64,000 nucleotides of DNA from Octopus sinensis (Eukaryota): the NCBI RefSeq assembly GCF_006345805.1, contig NC_043025.1:15686001-15750000 (forward strand), given 5' to 3'. Below, in pieces: positions 13,701-26,190 of the stretch. The notes under the pieces are model-generated. The model had not been told where the DNA came from. It ran no database searches and was given only the letters and a program-made list of their open reading frames with translations. A program made the position numbers and the translations under genes. Numbering within the stretch: position 1 is the first letter of the stretch; every line of letters starts with the position of its first letter.

Positions 13701-16700
13701 TAAAAGAGTAGGGTTTTGTTTAAGGGAGATTTGGCTGTTATTTCTAGCAGGTCCAGCTACCATGTAGAGGTCTCCCTCATTGGCTCATACATACATATAT
13801 ACATACATAAGAGAGTAGGGTGTTGTTTGAGGGAGATTTGGCTGTTATTTCTACCAGGTCTAGCTACCATGTAGAGGTCTCCCTCATTGGCTCATACATA
13901 CATATATACATACATAAGAGAGTAGGGTGTTGTTTGAGGGAGATCTTGCTGTTATTTCTACCAGGTCTAGCTACCATGTAGAGGTCTTGCTCATTGGCTC
14001 ATACATACATATATACATACATAAGAGAGTAGGGTGTTGCTTGAGGGAGATTTGGCTGTTATATCTAGCAGGTCTAGCTACCATGTAGAGGTCTCCCTCA
14101 TTGGCTCATACGTACATATACACATACATAAGAGAGTAGGGTGTTGCTTGAGGGAGATCTGGCTGTTATTTCTAGCAGATCTAGCTACCATGTAGAGGTC
14201 TCATTCATTGGCTCATACATACATATATACATACATAAGAGAGTAGGGTGTTGTTTGAGGGAGATCTGACTGTAATTTCTACCAGGTCTAGCTACCATGG
14301 AGAGGTCTCCCTCATTGGCTCATACATACATATATACATACATAAGAGAGTAGGGTGTTGTTTGAGGGAGATCTGGCTGTTATTTCTAGCAGGTCTAGCT
14401 ACCATGTAGAGGTCTCCCTCATTGGCTCATACATACATATATACATACATAAGAGAGTAGGGTGTTGTTTGAGGGAGATCTGGCTGTTATTTCTACCAGG
14501 TCTAGCTACCATGTAGAGGTCTCGCTTATTGGCTCATACATACATATATACATACATAAGAGAGTAGGGTGTTGTTTGCGGGAGATTTGGCTGTTATTTC
14601 TACCAGGTCTAGCTACGAAGTAGAGGTCTCCCTCATTGGCTCATACGTACCTATACACATACATAAGAGAGTCGGGTGTTGCTTGAGGGAGATCTGGCTG
14701 TTATTTCTAGCAGGTTTAGCTACCATGTAGAGGTCTCCCTCATTTGCTCATACATACATATATACATACATAACAGAGTAGGGTGTTGTTTGAGGGAGAA
14801 CTGACTGTAATTTCTACCAGGTCTAGCTACCATGTAGAGGACTCCCTCATTGGCTCATACATACATATATACATACATAAGAGAGTAGGGTGTTGCTTGA
14901 GGGCGATCTGGCTGTTATTTCTAGCAGGTCTAGCTACCATGTAGAGGTCTCCCTCATTGGCTCACTTACATGTATACATACATAAGAGAGTAGGGTGTTG
15001 TTTGAGGGAGATCTGGCTGTTATTTCTAGCAGGTCTAGCGACTATGTAGAGGTATCCCTCATTGGCTCAAACATACATATATACATACGTAAGAGAGTAG
15101 GGTGTTGTTTGAGGGAGATTTGTCTGTTATTTCTACCAGATCTAGCTACCATGTAGTGGTCTCCCTCTTTGGCTCATACATACATATATACATACATAAG
15201 AGAGTAGGGTGTTGTTTCAGAGAGAATTGGCTGATGATTCTAGCAGGTCTAGCTACCATGTGGAGGTTTCCCTCATTGGCTCATACATACATATATACAT
15301 ACAGAAGAGAGTAGGGTGTTGTTTGAGTGAGATTTGGCTGTTATTTCTACCAGGTCTAGCTATCATGTAGAGGTCTCCCTCATTGGCTCATACATACATA
15401 TATACATACGTAAGAGAGTAGAGTGTTGTTTGAGGGAGATTTGGCTGTTATTTCTACCAGATCTATCAACCATGTAGAGGTCTCCCTCATTGGCTCATAC
15501 ATACATATATACATACATAAGAGAGTAGGGTGTTGTTTGAGAGAGATGTGGCTGATATTTCTAGCAGGACTAGCTACCATGTAGAGGTTTCCCTCATTGG
15601 CTCATACATACATATATACATACGTAAGAGAGTAGAGTGTTCTTTGACGGAGATTTGGCTGTTATTTCTACCAGATCTATCAACCATGTAGAGATCTCCC
15701 TCATTGGCTCATACATACATATATACATACATAAGAGAGTAGGATGTTGTTTGAGGGAGATTTGGCTGTTATTTCTAGCAGGTCTAGCTACCATGTAGAG
15801 GTCTCCCTCATTGGCTCATACATACATAAGAGAGAAGGGTGTAGTTTGAGGGAGATCTGGCTGTTATTTCTAGCAGGTCTAGCTACCATGTAGAGGTCTC
15901 CCTCATTGGCTCATACATGCATATATACATACATTAGAGAGTAGGGTGTTGTTTGTGGGAGATTTGGCTGTTATATCTACCAGGTCTAGCTACCATGTAG
16001 AGGTCTCCCTCATTGGCTCATAATACATATATACATACATAAGAGAGTAGGGTGTTTTTTGAGGGAGATCTGGCTGTTATTTCTACCAGATCTAGCTACC
16101 ATGTAGAGGTCTCCCTCATTGGCTCATACATACATATACACATACATAAGAGAGTAGGGTGTTGCTTGAGGGAAATCTGGCTGTTATTTCTAGAAGGCCT
16201 AGTTACCATGTAGAGGTCTCCCTCAGTGGCTCATACATACATATATACATACAAAGAGAGTAGGGTGTTGTTTGAGGGAGATCTGGCTGTATTTCTCCCG
16301 GGTCTAGCTACCATGTAGAGGTCTCCCTCATTGGCTCATACATACATATATACATACATAAGAGAGTAGGGTGTTGATTGAGGGAGATCTGGCTGTTATT
16401 TCTAGCAGGTCTAGCTACCATGTAAAGGTCTCCCTCATTGGCTCATACATACATGTATACATACATAAGAGAGTAGGGTGTTGTTTGAGGGAGATCTGGC
16501 TGTTATTTCTAGCAGGTCTAGCTACCATGTAGAGGTATCCCTCATTGGCTCAAACATACATATGTACATACATAAGAGAGTAGGGTGTTGTTTGAGGGAG
16601 ATTGGCTGTTATTTCTACCAGATCTAGCTACCATGTAGAGGTCTCCCTCATTGGCTCATACATACATATATACATACATAACAGAGTAGGGTGTTGTTTG

Positions 16701-19700
16701 AGGGAGAACTGACTGTAATTTCTACCAGGTCTAGCTACCATGTAGAGGTCTCCCTCATTGGCTCATACATACATATATACATACATAAGAGAGTAGGGTG
16801 TTGCTTGAGGGCGATCTGGCTGTTATTTCTAGCAGGTCTAGCTACCATGTAGAGGTCTCCCTCATTGGCTCACACTTACATGTATACATACATAAGAGAG
16901 TAGGGTGTTGTTTGAGGGAGATCTGGCTGTTATTTCTAGCAGGTCTAGCGACTATGTAGAGGTATCCCTCATTGGCTCAAACATACATATATACATACGT
17001 AAGAGAGTAGGGTGTTGTTTGAGGAGATTTGTCTGTTATTTCTACCAGATCTAGCTACCATGTAGTGGTCTCCCTCAGTGTCTCATACATACATATACAT
17101 ACATAAGAGAGTAGGGTGTTGTTCAGAGAGAATTGGCTGATGATTTCTAGCAGGTCTAGCTACCATGTGGAGGTTCCCTCATTGGCTCATACATACATAT
17201 ATACATACAGAAGAGAGTAGGGTGTTGTTTGAGGGAGATTTGGCTGTTATTTCTACCAGGTCTAGCTCTCATGTAGAGGTCTCCCTCATTGGCTCATACA
17301 TACATATATACATACGTAAGAGAGTAGAGTGTTGTTTGAGGGAGATTTGGCAGTTATTTCTACCAGATCTATCAACCATGTAGAGGTCTCCCTCATTGGC
17401 TCATACATACATATATACATACATAAGAGAGTAGGGTGTTGTTTGAGAGAGATGTGGCTGATATTTCTAGCAGGACTAGCTACCATGTAGAGGTTTCCCT
17501 CATTGGCTCATACATACATATATACATACGTAAGAGAGTAGAGTGTTCTTTGACGGAGATTTGGCTGTTATTTCTACCAGATCTATCAACCATGTAGAGA
17601 TCTCCCTCATTGGCTCATACATACATATATACATACATAAGAGAGTAGGATGTTGTTTGAGGGAGATTTGGCTGTTATTTCTAGCAGGTCTAGCTACCAT
17701 GTAGAGGTCTCCCTCATTGGCTCATACATACATAAGAGAGAAGGGTGTTGTTTGAGGGAGATCTGGCTGTTATTTCTAGCAGGTCTAGCTACCATGTAGA
17801 GGTCTCCCTCATTGGCTCATACATGCATATATACATACATAGAGAGTAGGGTGTTGTTTGTGGGAGATTTGGCTGTTATATCTACCAGGTCTAGCTACCA
17901 TGTAGAGGTCTCCCTCATTGGCTCATAATACATATATACATACATAAGAGAGTAGGGTGTTTTTTGAGGGAGATCTGGCTGTTATTTCTACCAGATCTAG
18001 CTACCATGTAGAGGTCTCCCTCATTGGCTCATACATACATATACACATACATAAGAGAGTAGGGTGTTGCTTGAGGGAAATCTGGCTGTTATTTCTAGAA
18101 GGCCTAGTTACCATGTAGAGGTCTCCCTCAGTGGCTCGTACATACATATATACATACAAAAGAGAGTAGGGTGTTGTTTGAGGGAGATCTGGCTGTAATT
18201 TCTCCCGGGTCTAGCTACCATGTAGAGGTCTCCCTCATTGGCTCATACATACATATATACATACATAAGAGAGTAGGGTGTTGATTGAGGGAGATCTGGC
18301 TGTTATTTCTAGCAGGTCTAGCTACCATGTAAAGGTCTCCCTCATTGGCTCATACATACATGTATACATACATAAGAGAGTAGGGTGTTGTTTGAGGGAG
18401 ATCTGGCTGTTATTTCTAGCAGGTCTAGCTACCATGTAGAGGTCTCCCTCATCGGCTCATACATACATATATACATACATAACAGAGTAGGGTGTTGTTT
18501 GAGGGAGAACTGACTGTAATTTCTACCAGGTCTAGCTACCATGTAGAGGTCTCCCTCATTGGCTCATACATACATATATACATACATAAGAGAGTAGGGT
18601 GTTGCTTGAGGGCGATCTGGCTGTTATTTCTACCAGATCTATCAACCATGTAGAGGTCTCCCTCATTGGCTCATACATACATATATACATACATAAGAGA
18701 GTAGGGTGTTGTTTGAGAGAGATTTGGCTGATATTTCTAGCAGGACTAGCTACCATGTAGAGGTTTCCCTCATTGGCTCATACATATATATATACATACA
18801 TAAGAGAGTAGAGTGTTGTTTGAGGGAGATTTGGCTGTTATTTCTAGCAGGTCTAGCTACCATGTAGAGGTCTCCCTCATTGGCTCATAGATACGTAAGA
18901 GAGTAGGGTGTTGTTTAAGGGAGATTTGGCTGTTATTTCTAGCAGGTCTAGCAACCATGTAGGGGTCTCCCTCATTGGCTCATACATACATATATACATA
19001 CATAAGAGAGTAGGATGTTGTTTGAGGGAGATTTGGCTGTTATTTCTAGCAGGTCTAGCTACCATGTAGATGTCTCCCTCATTGGCTCATACATGCATAT
19101 ATACATACATTAGAGAGTAGGGTGTTGCTTGAGGGAGATCTAGCTGTTATTTCTAGCAGGTCTAGCTTCCATGTTGAGGTCTCCCTTAGTTGCTCACACA
19201 TACATATATACATACATAAGAGAGTAGGGTGTTGTTTGTGGGAGATTTGGCTGTTATTTCTACCAGGTCTAGCTACCATGTAGAGGTGTCCCTCATTGGC
19301 TCATAATACATATATACATACATAAGAGAGTAGGGTGTTTTTTGAGGGAGATCTGGCTGTTATTTCTACCAGATCTAGCTACCATGTAGAGGTCTCCCTC
19401 ATTGGCTCATACATACATATATACATACATAATTGAGTAGGGTGTTGCTTGATCGAGATCTGGCTGTTATTTCTAGAAGGCCTAGTTACCATGTAGAGGT
19501 CTCCCTCAGTGGCTCATACATACATATATACATACATAATAGAGTAGGGTGTTGTTTGAGGGAGATCTGGCTGTAATTTCTCCCGGGTCTAGCTACCATG
19601 TAGAGGTCTCCCTCATTGGCTCATACATACATATATACATACATAAGAGAGTAGGGTGTTGAATGAGGGAGATCTGGCTGTTATTTCTAGCAGGTCTAGC

Positions 19701-20059
19701 TACCATGTAAAGGTCTCCCTCATTGGTTCATACATACATGTATACATACGTAAGAGAGTAGGGTGTTGTTTGAGGGAGATCTGGCTGTTATTTCTAGCAG
19801 GTCTAGCTACCATGTAGAGGTATCCCTCATTGGCTCAAACATACATATGTACATACATAAGAGAGTAGGGTGTTGTTTGAGGGAGATTTGTCTGTTATTT
19901 CTAGCAGGTCTAGCTACCATGTAGAGGTCTCCCTCATTGGCTCTTACATACATATATACATACAGAAGAGAGTAGGGTGTTGTTTGAGAGAGATTTGGCT
20001 GATATTTCTAGCAGTTCTAGGTACCATGTAGAGGTTCCCTTATTGGCACATACATACGT
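7740..20059. repeat. ~107-bp satellite DNA array, right part (~116 monomers)
   Basis: Same monomer and orientation as 1-5021. It resumes at CCATGTAGAGG exactly where the left part stops (CTAGCTA) and ends at the N gap. Confidence 0.98.
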
Positions 20060-20159
20060 NNNNNNNNNNNNNNNNNNNNNNNNNNNNNNNNNNNNNNNNN
20101 NNNNNNNNNNNNNNNNNNNNNNNNNNNNNNNNNNNNNNNNNNNNNNNNNNNNNNNNNNN
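20060..20159. other. Assembly gap (100 N)
   Basis: Exactly 100 N, typical of a fixed-size scaffolding gap, so the true distance and adjacency are unknown. Confidence 0.97.
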
Positions 20160-20520
20160 ATGTGAAGTTGCTTTTCACTGTAAACCGTTGTCCCTGTTTG
20201 AAGGAGAACTCTGATCCCTCAATTAGATAGTCGCATATCCCGCAATTGGGTCTTCCACATTTTTTACTGTCGGCTTCTGTGTTGAAGAGTGAATTCGGGC
20301 TTGCGCCAACAAAAAAACACCAACTTCAGAATTTTCCCCCTCTACCAATTTAGGGACGATACAACCTCGAGACAACGAATAAGTAAAGAAAATCTCTTAT
20401 TACAAAATACAAGCCACTTCTTAACGGTCTACGACAAACAATTAATATACCTCAACTTTAGAATAAAAGAAAAATATATATACACACACAAATATTACAC
20501 TCCATAGAATCCATTACTAA
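20160..20520 (-). mobile_element. Penelope-like element fragment (Cys-rich linker preceding GIY-YIG), running into the gap
   Basis: Minus strand reads KKCGRPNCGICDYLIEGSEFSFKQGQRFTVKSNFT, matching the CxxxxCxxC...TC motif before the PLE GIY-YIG domain. The upstream edge is uncertain. Confidence 0.6.
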
Positions 20521-20569
20521 TCAGCCCCTTCATAGCTATACTTACACCCATTCCTATTCTCCCTTCTCT

Positions 20570-20810
20570 GTTTTTTTCTTCTTCTTCTTCTTCCTCTTCT
20601 TCTTCATCATCATCATTATCATCATCATCGTCGTCATCATCATCACCACCATCATCACCACCATCTTCTCCTTCTCCTCCTTCTTCTTCTTCTTCTTCTT
20701 CTTCATCATCATCATCATTATCATCATCATCGTCGTCATAATCATCACCACCATCACCATCATCGTCATCTTCTCCTTCTCCTTCTTCTTCTTCTTCTTC
20801 TTCTACTTCT
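20570..20810. repeat. Compound (TTC)n/(ATC)n/(ACC)n microsatellite
   Basis: Visible trinucleotide runs. Confidence 0.9.
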
Positions 20811-20829
20811 CCACCCCCTGCCCCTTAAC

Positions 20830-21240
20830 TTTGTCACTAATGTTTTTTAGTATAACACCTACGCTAATTCTATAAACAAGCCTGTCAATATAAATATTCT
20901 CCTGAATTGAACTGAGACTGCCAGCCGCCACTGACCATTCAAAATACGACCATCAGGGCACTCCCAGATTCTCCCACCCCCCTTTCCTCACCAGCCTTCT
21001 TCCTCTACTACCCTACCAAGAACTCACAACGACCTCCAACGCACAAGTGCAAACAAGGGAGTCAGAGAAAGGCAGAATGCCACTTAAATCTGAACACTAC
21101 TATAGAAATATTCTTTTAAAAAAACTTTTCTTCTAATTTTTCTAAATTTAATTATTTAATCGTTACAGTTGAAAAGGTCTCAAAATGACCGAAACCGGTA
21201 CTGAAATGTTCACTATAAAATTATTTTAGCATTTTCTATT
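20830..21240 (+). mobile_element. Penelope-like 3' end/pLTR remnant carrying a hammerhead motif
   Basis: KYSPELN* (about 20890-20915) resembles PLE GIY-YIG C-termini, followed by UTR-like sequence with the hammerhead at 21166-21203. It is head-to-head with the minus-strand fragment at 20160-20520. Confidence 0.55.
21166..21203 (+). ncRNA. Minimal type I hammerhead ribozyme, U3-A8 core variant (candidate)
   Basis: CAG-TTGAAAA-GGTC(TCAAAAT)GACC-GAAA-CCGG-TA/CTG: stem I, 4-bp stem II, palindromic stem III (ACCGGT), GUA cleavage triplet. Confidence 0.6.
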
Positions 21241-21289
21241 TTTGACTTGTTTTTTCATATATATCAACTCGTGTGTTCCTTTTCACCCT

Positions 21290-21432
21290 TATACATATAT
21301 ATATATACACACATATATATATATATCATATATATATATGTACATATCTATATATATATATATAATATATATATATTATATAATACCACGTATGTATATA
21401 TATATAATATAATATATATATATATATATATT
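21290..21432. repeat. (TA)n microsatellite
   Basis: Direct observation. Confidence 0.9.
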
Positions 21433-21467
21433 CTATACTCTTCTTCCTTTTCTGTTTTTTCTCACAG

Positions 21468-21746
21468 GAGAGCGAAGAAGAAAAAATGGTCATCTCAGAG
21501 GTATTGATTCAAAGAACTCACCTCAAGAAGAAGAAGAAATCCAAACCATCTTTCTGTTCTTGGAACTGGTACCTGAAGATGTTCTGGTACTGTTTATCGG
21601 GTACCAGAAACTTCCACATCAAAACCTTCGGCAACAAGTACCACGCCCTGAACAGTGTCAGCCAAATAGACATTGTATCACGGCGCCTCTTCCCTTTGGT
21701 CTTTCTCATACTCAGTGTCTCATACTGGGTGTGTTATCTCTACTGA
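21468..21746 (+). CDS. Last coding exon of a Cys-loop ligand-gated ion channel subunit (GABA-A/glycine/GluCl-like; end of M3-M4 loop plus TM4)
   Basis: Polypyrimidine tract and CACAG acceptor at 21463-21467, phase 0. Translation ESEEEKMVISE...ALNSVSQIDIVSRRLFPLVFLILSVSYWVCYLY* matches the anionic Cys-loop TM4 signature IDxxSRxxFPxxFxxxxxxYWxxY. Confidence 0.88.
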   Translation, partial: ESEEEKMVISEVLIQRTHLKKKKKSKPSFCSWNWYLKMFWYCLSGTRNFHIKTFGNKYHALNSVSQIDIVSRRLFPLVFLILSVSYWVCYLY

Positions 21747-22169
21747 ATAATATACCACAGCCCAGAGGCTGGCTGGTTGACTGGTCGGTTGGTTGGAGGG
21801 TATTTTGTCTTTTAATTTATTATCTTCTTTTGGGAAGATTTCAATATTGTTTTCAATATTGTTTTTTCTTCGTTCATTTTCACTTTTTGTTTTCTTTTTT
21901 TTTTGGTTCCTTAAGAAGTTATCGTCCTTTGATGTTAATTTATTTTCATTGTTTGGGTTCAAGATTAATTCTAATCATCTCTACTTTTCATCTTCTGGGG
22001 TTGATAAAATAAAGAACCAGTCAGGTTTATATTGACAAAACCCCTCTACACAACATCAAGGGCCTTGTATTTAAATTGCAAACCATTATTATTTTGATGA
22101 TGTTATTGTTATTATTATTATTATTATCATCATTATTCTTTTCTACTCTAGGTACCAGGCCTAAATTTT

Positions 22170-22520
22170 TTAGAGAGGGGGGGGCAGTCGATTAGATCGA
22201 CCCCAGTACGCAACTGGTACTTAATTTATTGACCCCGAAAAGATGAAAAGCAAAGTCGACTTCAGCGGAATTTGAACTCAGAACGTAAAAACAGATGAAA
22301 TACCGCTAAGCACTTCATCCAGCATGTTAACAGTTCTGCCAGCTTGCTGCCTTATTACTATTGTTTTTATTAAAGGTGGTGAGCTGGCAGAATTGGTAAC
22401 ATTCTGAGGTCAACTTTGCCTTTCATCCTTTCAGGGTCAATGAAATTAAGTACCAGTGAAATACTGGGGTCAATGTAATCGACTATACCCCTCCCACAAA
22501 TTTCAGGCCTTCTGCCTGTA
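22170..22520. mobile_element. Two oppositely oriented tRNA-derived SINE copies with Nin/Deu-like core
   Basis: Core GACTTTGCCTTTCATCCTTTCGGGGTCGATAAATTAAGTACCAG, with A-box TGGCAGAA and B-box GTTCAAATTC in the head. Many more copies occur at about 23880, 29940-30470, 46480-46700, 50560-51600, 60900-61540 and 62440-62820. Confidence 0.75.
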
Positions 22521-22719
22521 GTTGGAAGAATTATATTATTATTATTATTATTATTATCATTATTATTATTATTATCATTATTATTATCATTATTATTATT
22601 ATCATCATCACCATTATTATTTTTACTATCATCATCATCATCATCATTATATCTGCAATGCCAAAAAAGAATTTTTTCATATTTTCTGAAAGGTTTATAA
22701 AATTCTTATGATGTGGGTA

Positions 22720-22761
<42 letters not shown>

Positions 22762-22993
22762 CATTTATTATTATCATTATTATTATTATCATTATTATTA
22801 TCATTATCATTTATTATTATCATTATTATTATTATCATTATTATTATTATTATCATTTATTATTATTATCATTATTATTATTATCAGTATCATTATTATT
22901 ATCATTTATTATTATTATCATTATTATTATTATCAGTATTATTATTATTATTATCATTTATTATTATTATCATTTATTATTATTATTATTATA

Positions 22994-23484
22994 GAGTGAG
23001 AGAGCAGTTCATGCCATCAAAGTGACACTGGGGTAAAATATACGAAGCCCAATATACCCATCATGACTACCCGTCTGATAAAGGTACACCAGGCACATGC
23101 ATCACAACCATATGTGTGCGACATGGTGATCTCATATCAAGATAAACAGCACATGACCTTGCAGGTGGGGCCCAGTTAGAATTTTCTTCAGGTTGAGTAG
23201 CCTATCCCGCTCAAACGGTCCCTGAATAAGGGTTGTTTAAGGATGTTGAAAGAACCACCCATGTTTCCAGAGGTGAACTATTCAAACCCCAAAGAATCCC
23301 TCTCAACACATGGCTATGATGCTCCCCCACTACTTCTGCTCGTGATCAGAGATGCACATATCGTCAGCCACTAAGGGACATGCTCAACTGGTTAAGGTCA
23401 AACAACTGACAAGCAAATCTGTGGTATTGAGCAGAATATTTGCTGTAGCCCATCTTTTATACCAAGACAAAACAATGTACATGA

Positions 23485-23485
<1 letters not shown>
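22994..23485. mobile_element. ~490-bp dispersed repeat inserted in (ATT)n, copy 1
   Basis: Near-identical copy at 30992-31447 and a degraded inverted copy at about 42440-42640. The two intact copies are flanked by ATT/TAA repeats. Confidence 0.8.
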
Positions 23486-23518
<33 letters not shown>

Positions 23519-23613
23519 GTTATTATTATCATTTATTATTATTATCATTATTATTATTATCATTTATTATTATTATTATCATTATTATTATTATCATTAT
23601 TATTATTATTATC

Positions 23614-23659
<46 letters not shown>

Positions 23660-23783
23660 GTTATTATTATCATTATTATTATCATTATTATTGTTATCAT
23701 TTATTATTATTATTATCATTATTATTATTATCATTTATTATTATTATTATCATTATTATTATTATCATTTATTATTATTATTA

Positions 23784-23824
<41 letters not shown>

Positions 23825-24274
23825 GGTATTGTTATTGTTCCTCTTCTTCTTCTTATTATTATTATTATTATTACTAATGCAGCAAGCTGCCAGCATTGTT
23901 AGTATGCTGAGCAAAATGCTTAGCAGCATTTCACCCGCCGCTATGTTCTGGGTTCAAATTCTGCTGAGGTCAACTTTGCCTTTCATCCTTTCAGAATTAA
24001 GTACCAGATGAACACTGGGGTTGATGTAATCGACTTAACCCCTCCCATGAATTTGCTGGCTTTGTGCCAAAGCCTAAATCCATTAGTAATGCCATTACTA
24101 CTACTACTACACTTACTTCTTCTATTTCTACTATACTACTACTACTACTACTACTACTACTGTTGCTTTTACAACTGCTGCTATCACTAATTCTAGACAT
24201 CTTGGACTCTTGTGGCCAATAAAAGAAATTATTACTATTATCATTATTATCATCATCATCATCATCATCATCAT

Positions 24275-24306
<32 letters not shown>

Positions 24307-24332
24307 TTATTATTATTATTATTATTATCATT

Positions 24333-24650
24333 ATTACCTCTGCCTTAGCAGGTATTGTTTTCAGTCATGTTTGTTTGTTTGTCTGTGGACAAGATATCTC
24401 AAGAACCACTGGATGGATTCAGATGAAACTTTCAGGGATGTTTGGCCTTGTGATTGGCACGAACTGATTAGATTTTGGGATCGATCCAGTATCGGACAAG
24501 GATCCTGGATTATTTTTTCGTTTATTTTTTTACTTAATTTGTGAGAGCAGTTGAGTTTATTTCAGATATTCTCATTTTAAAAATCATCTCTGGCTAATCG
24601 TTGAGAGGACGTTCATGTTGCCTTGGCAGAGGTTTGCACTATCTGAGTGC

Positions 24651-24654
<4 letters not shown>
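24333..24654 (+). mobile_element. Helentron-associated non-autonomous element (HINE/DINE-1-like)
   Basis: Starts ATTACCTCTGCC; internal (GTTT/GTCT) tract; 3' subterminal inverted repeat GGCAGAGGT; terminal hairpin GCACT-ATCTG-AGTGC followed by TTTT. Confidence 0.7.
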
Positions 24655-24702
<48 letters not shown>

Positions 24703-24891
24703 GTTATTATTATTATTATTGTTATTATTATCATTTATTATTATTATCATTATTATTATTATTATTATTATTGTTATTATTATCATTTATTATTATTATT
24801 ATTATTATATTATTATTAACATCATCTCATCATCATTACTACAACATAATTATGAATATCATTATTATTACCATTACTACAACTATTATTG

Positions 24892-24933
<42 letters not shown>

Positions 24934-25035
24934 TATCATCATTATATTATTATTATTTATCATCATTATTATTATTATTCATTATTATTATTATTATTAT
25001 TATTATCATTATTATTATGATTATTATTATTATCA

Positions 25036-25066
<31 letters not shown>

Positions 25067-25361
25067 CATTATTATTATCATCAATATTATTATTATTATC
25101 ATCATTATATTATTATTATCATCATTATTATTATTATTATTTTATTATTATTATTATCATCATCATTATTATTATTATTATATCATCATTATTATTATTA
25201 TTTTATTATTATCATCATCATTATTATTATTATTATTATCATCATTATTATTATTATTATTATTATATTATTATTATTATTTATTATCATCATATTATTA
25301 TTATTATTATCATCATTATTATTATTATTATTATTGTTATTGTTTTATTATTATTATCATC

Positions 25362-25394
<33 letters not shown>

Positions 25395-25809
25395 TTATTA
25401 ATGCTATCATCATCATCAGCATCATCACAGTCGCCATGATATTATGCAATCAATATGATCACCATTCTATGCAAACTATGAATAAAACAGCGGAACATAG
25501 TCTCTATTTTCTCTTTGTGTGTTGACGTGAGTGTCTTTGTGTGTGTGTCTGTGGGCGTGTGTGTGTGTGTCTGTTAGTGTGCATGTGTGTGTGTGTGTGT
25601 GCGTGTGTGTGTGTTCTGGTGCTTGTTGTTGTTTGGCCCAGGATCAATTTCCATCAAGCAGACATAGGGATCAAAAGGCATTTTAGAAGCAAGTCTCATC
25701 TCTTTGTAAAAGTGTATCTAGGAGTACATTAGCTAACAGGGCCATCCCCCATCCCACCTTGCAATTGCTATCAGTGTTGTTCCTTAGTCTCGTGTGTGTG
25801 TGTGTGTAT

Positions 25810-26190
25810 GGAGGTGCAATGGCCCAGTGGTTAGGGTAACAAACTCGCTGTCGTAGGATCGCGATTTCAATTCCCAGACCGGGCATTGTGAGTGTTTATT
25901 AAGCAAAAACACCCAAAGCTCCTCAAGGCTCCAGCAGGGGGTGGTGGCGAACCCTGCTGTACTCTTTCACCACAACTTTCTCTCACTCCTTCTTCCTCTT
26001 TCTCTTGTACCTGTATTTCAAAGGGGCCAGTCTTGTCACACTCTGTATCATGCTGAATCTCCCCGAGAACTACGTTAAAGGTACATGTGTCTGTGGAGTA
26101 CTCAGCCACTTGCACGTTGATTTCACGAGCAGGCTGTTCCATTGATCGGATCAACTGGAACCCTCGTCATCATAACCGATGGAGCACCAC
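25810..26190 (+). mobile_element. tRNA-derived SINE
   Basis: A-box TGGCCCAGTGG and degenerate B-box TTCAATTCC. The body is shared with the copy at 47576-47892. Confidence 0.8.

Larger units (their letters stand above)
22530..25430. repeat. (ATT)n/(ATC)n microsatellite field with embedded elements
   Basis: Long ATT-dominated tracts at 22530-22990, 23487-23875 and 24650-25430. Confidence 0.92.

Noticed and set aside
1-20059. Satellite as a CRISPR array
   Set aside because: There are no unique spacers, the whole monomer repeats, and the context is eukaryotic with no cas genes.
1-20059. Satellite monomer as a hammerhead ribozyme (as in newt or schistosome satellites)
   Set aside because: The minus strand has CAATGA and GAAA, but the core is not CUGANGA, stem II does not close, and there is no NUH/stem I arrangement.
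356-20165. Dozens of 60-90 aa ORFs (MVARPARNN..., MLFEGDLAV...) in the satellite
   Set aside because: They are translations of the 107-bp monomer; the period is not a multiple of 3 and stops recur each unit. There is no coding evidence.
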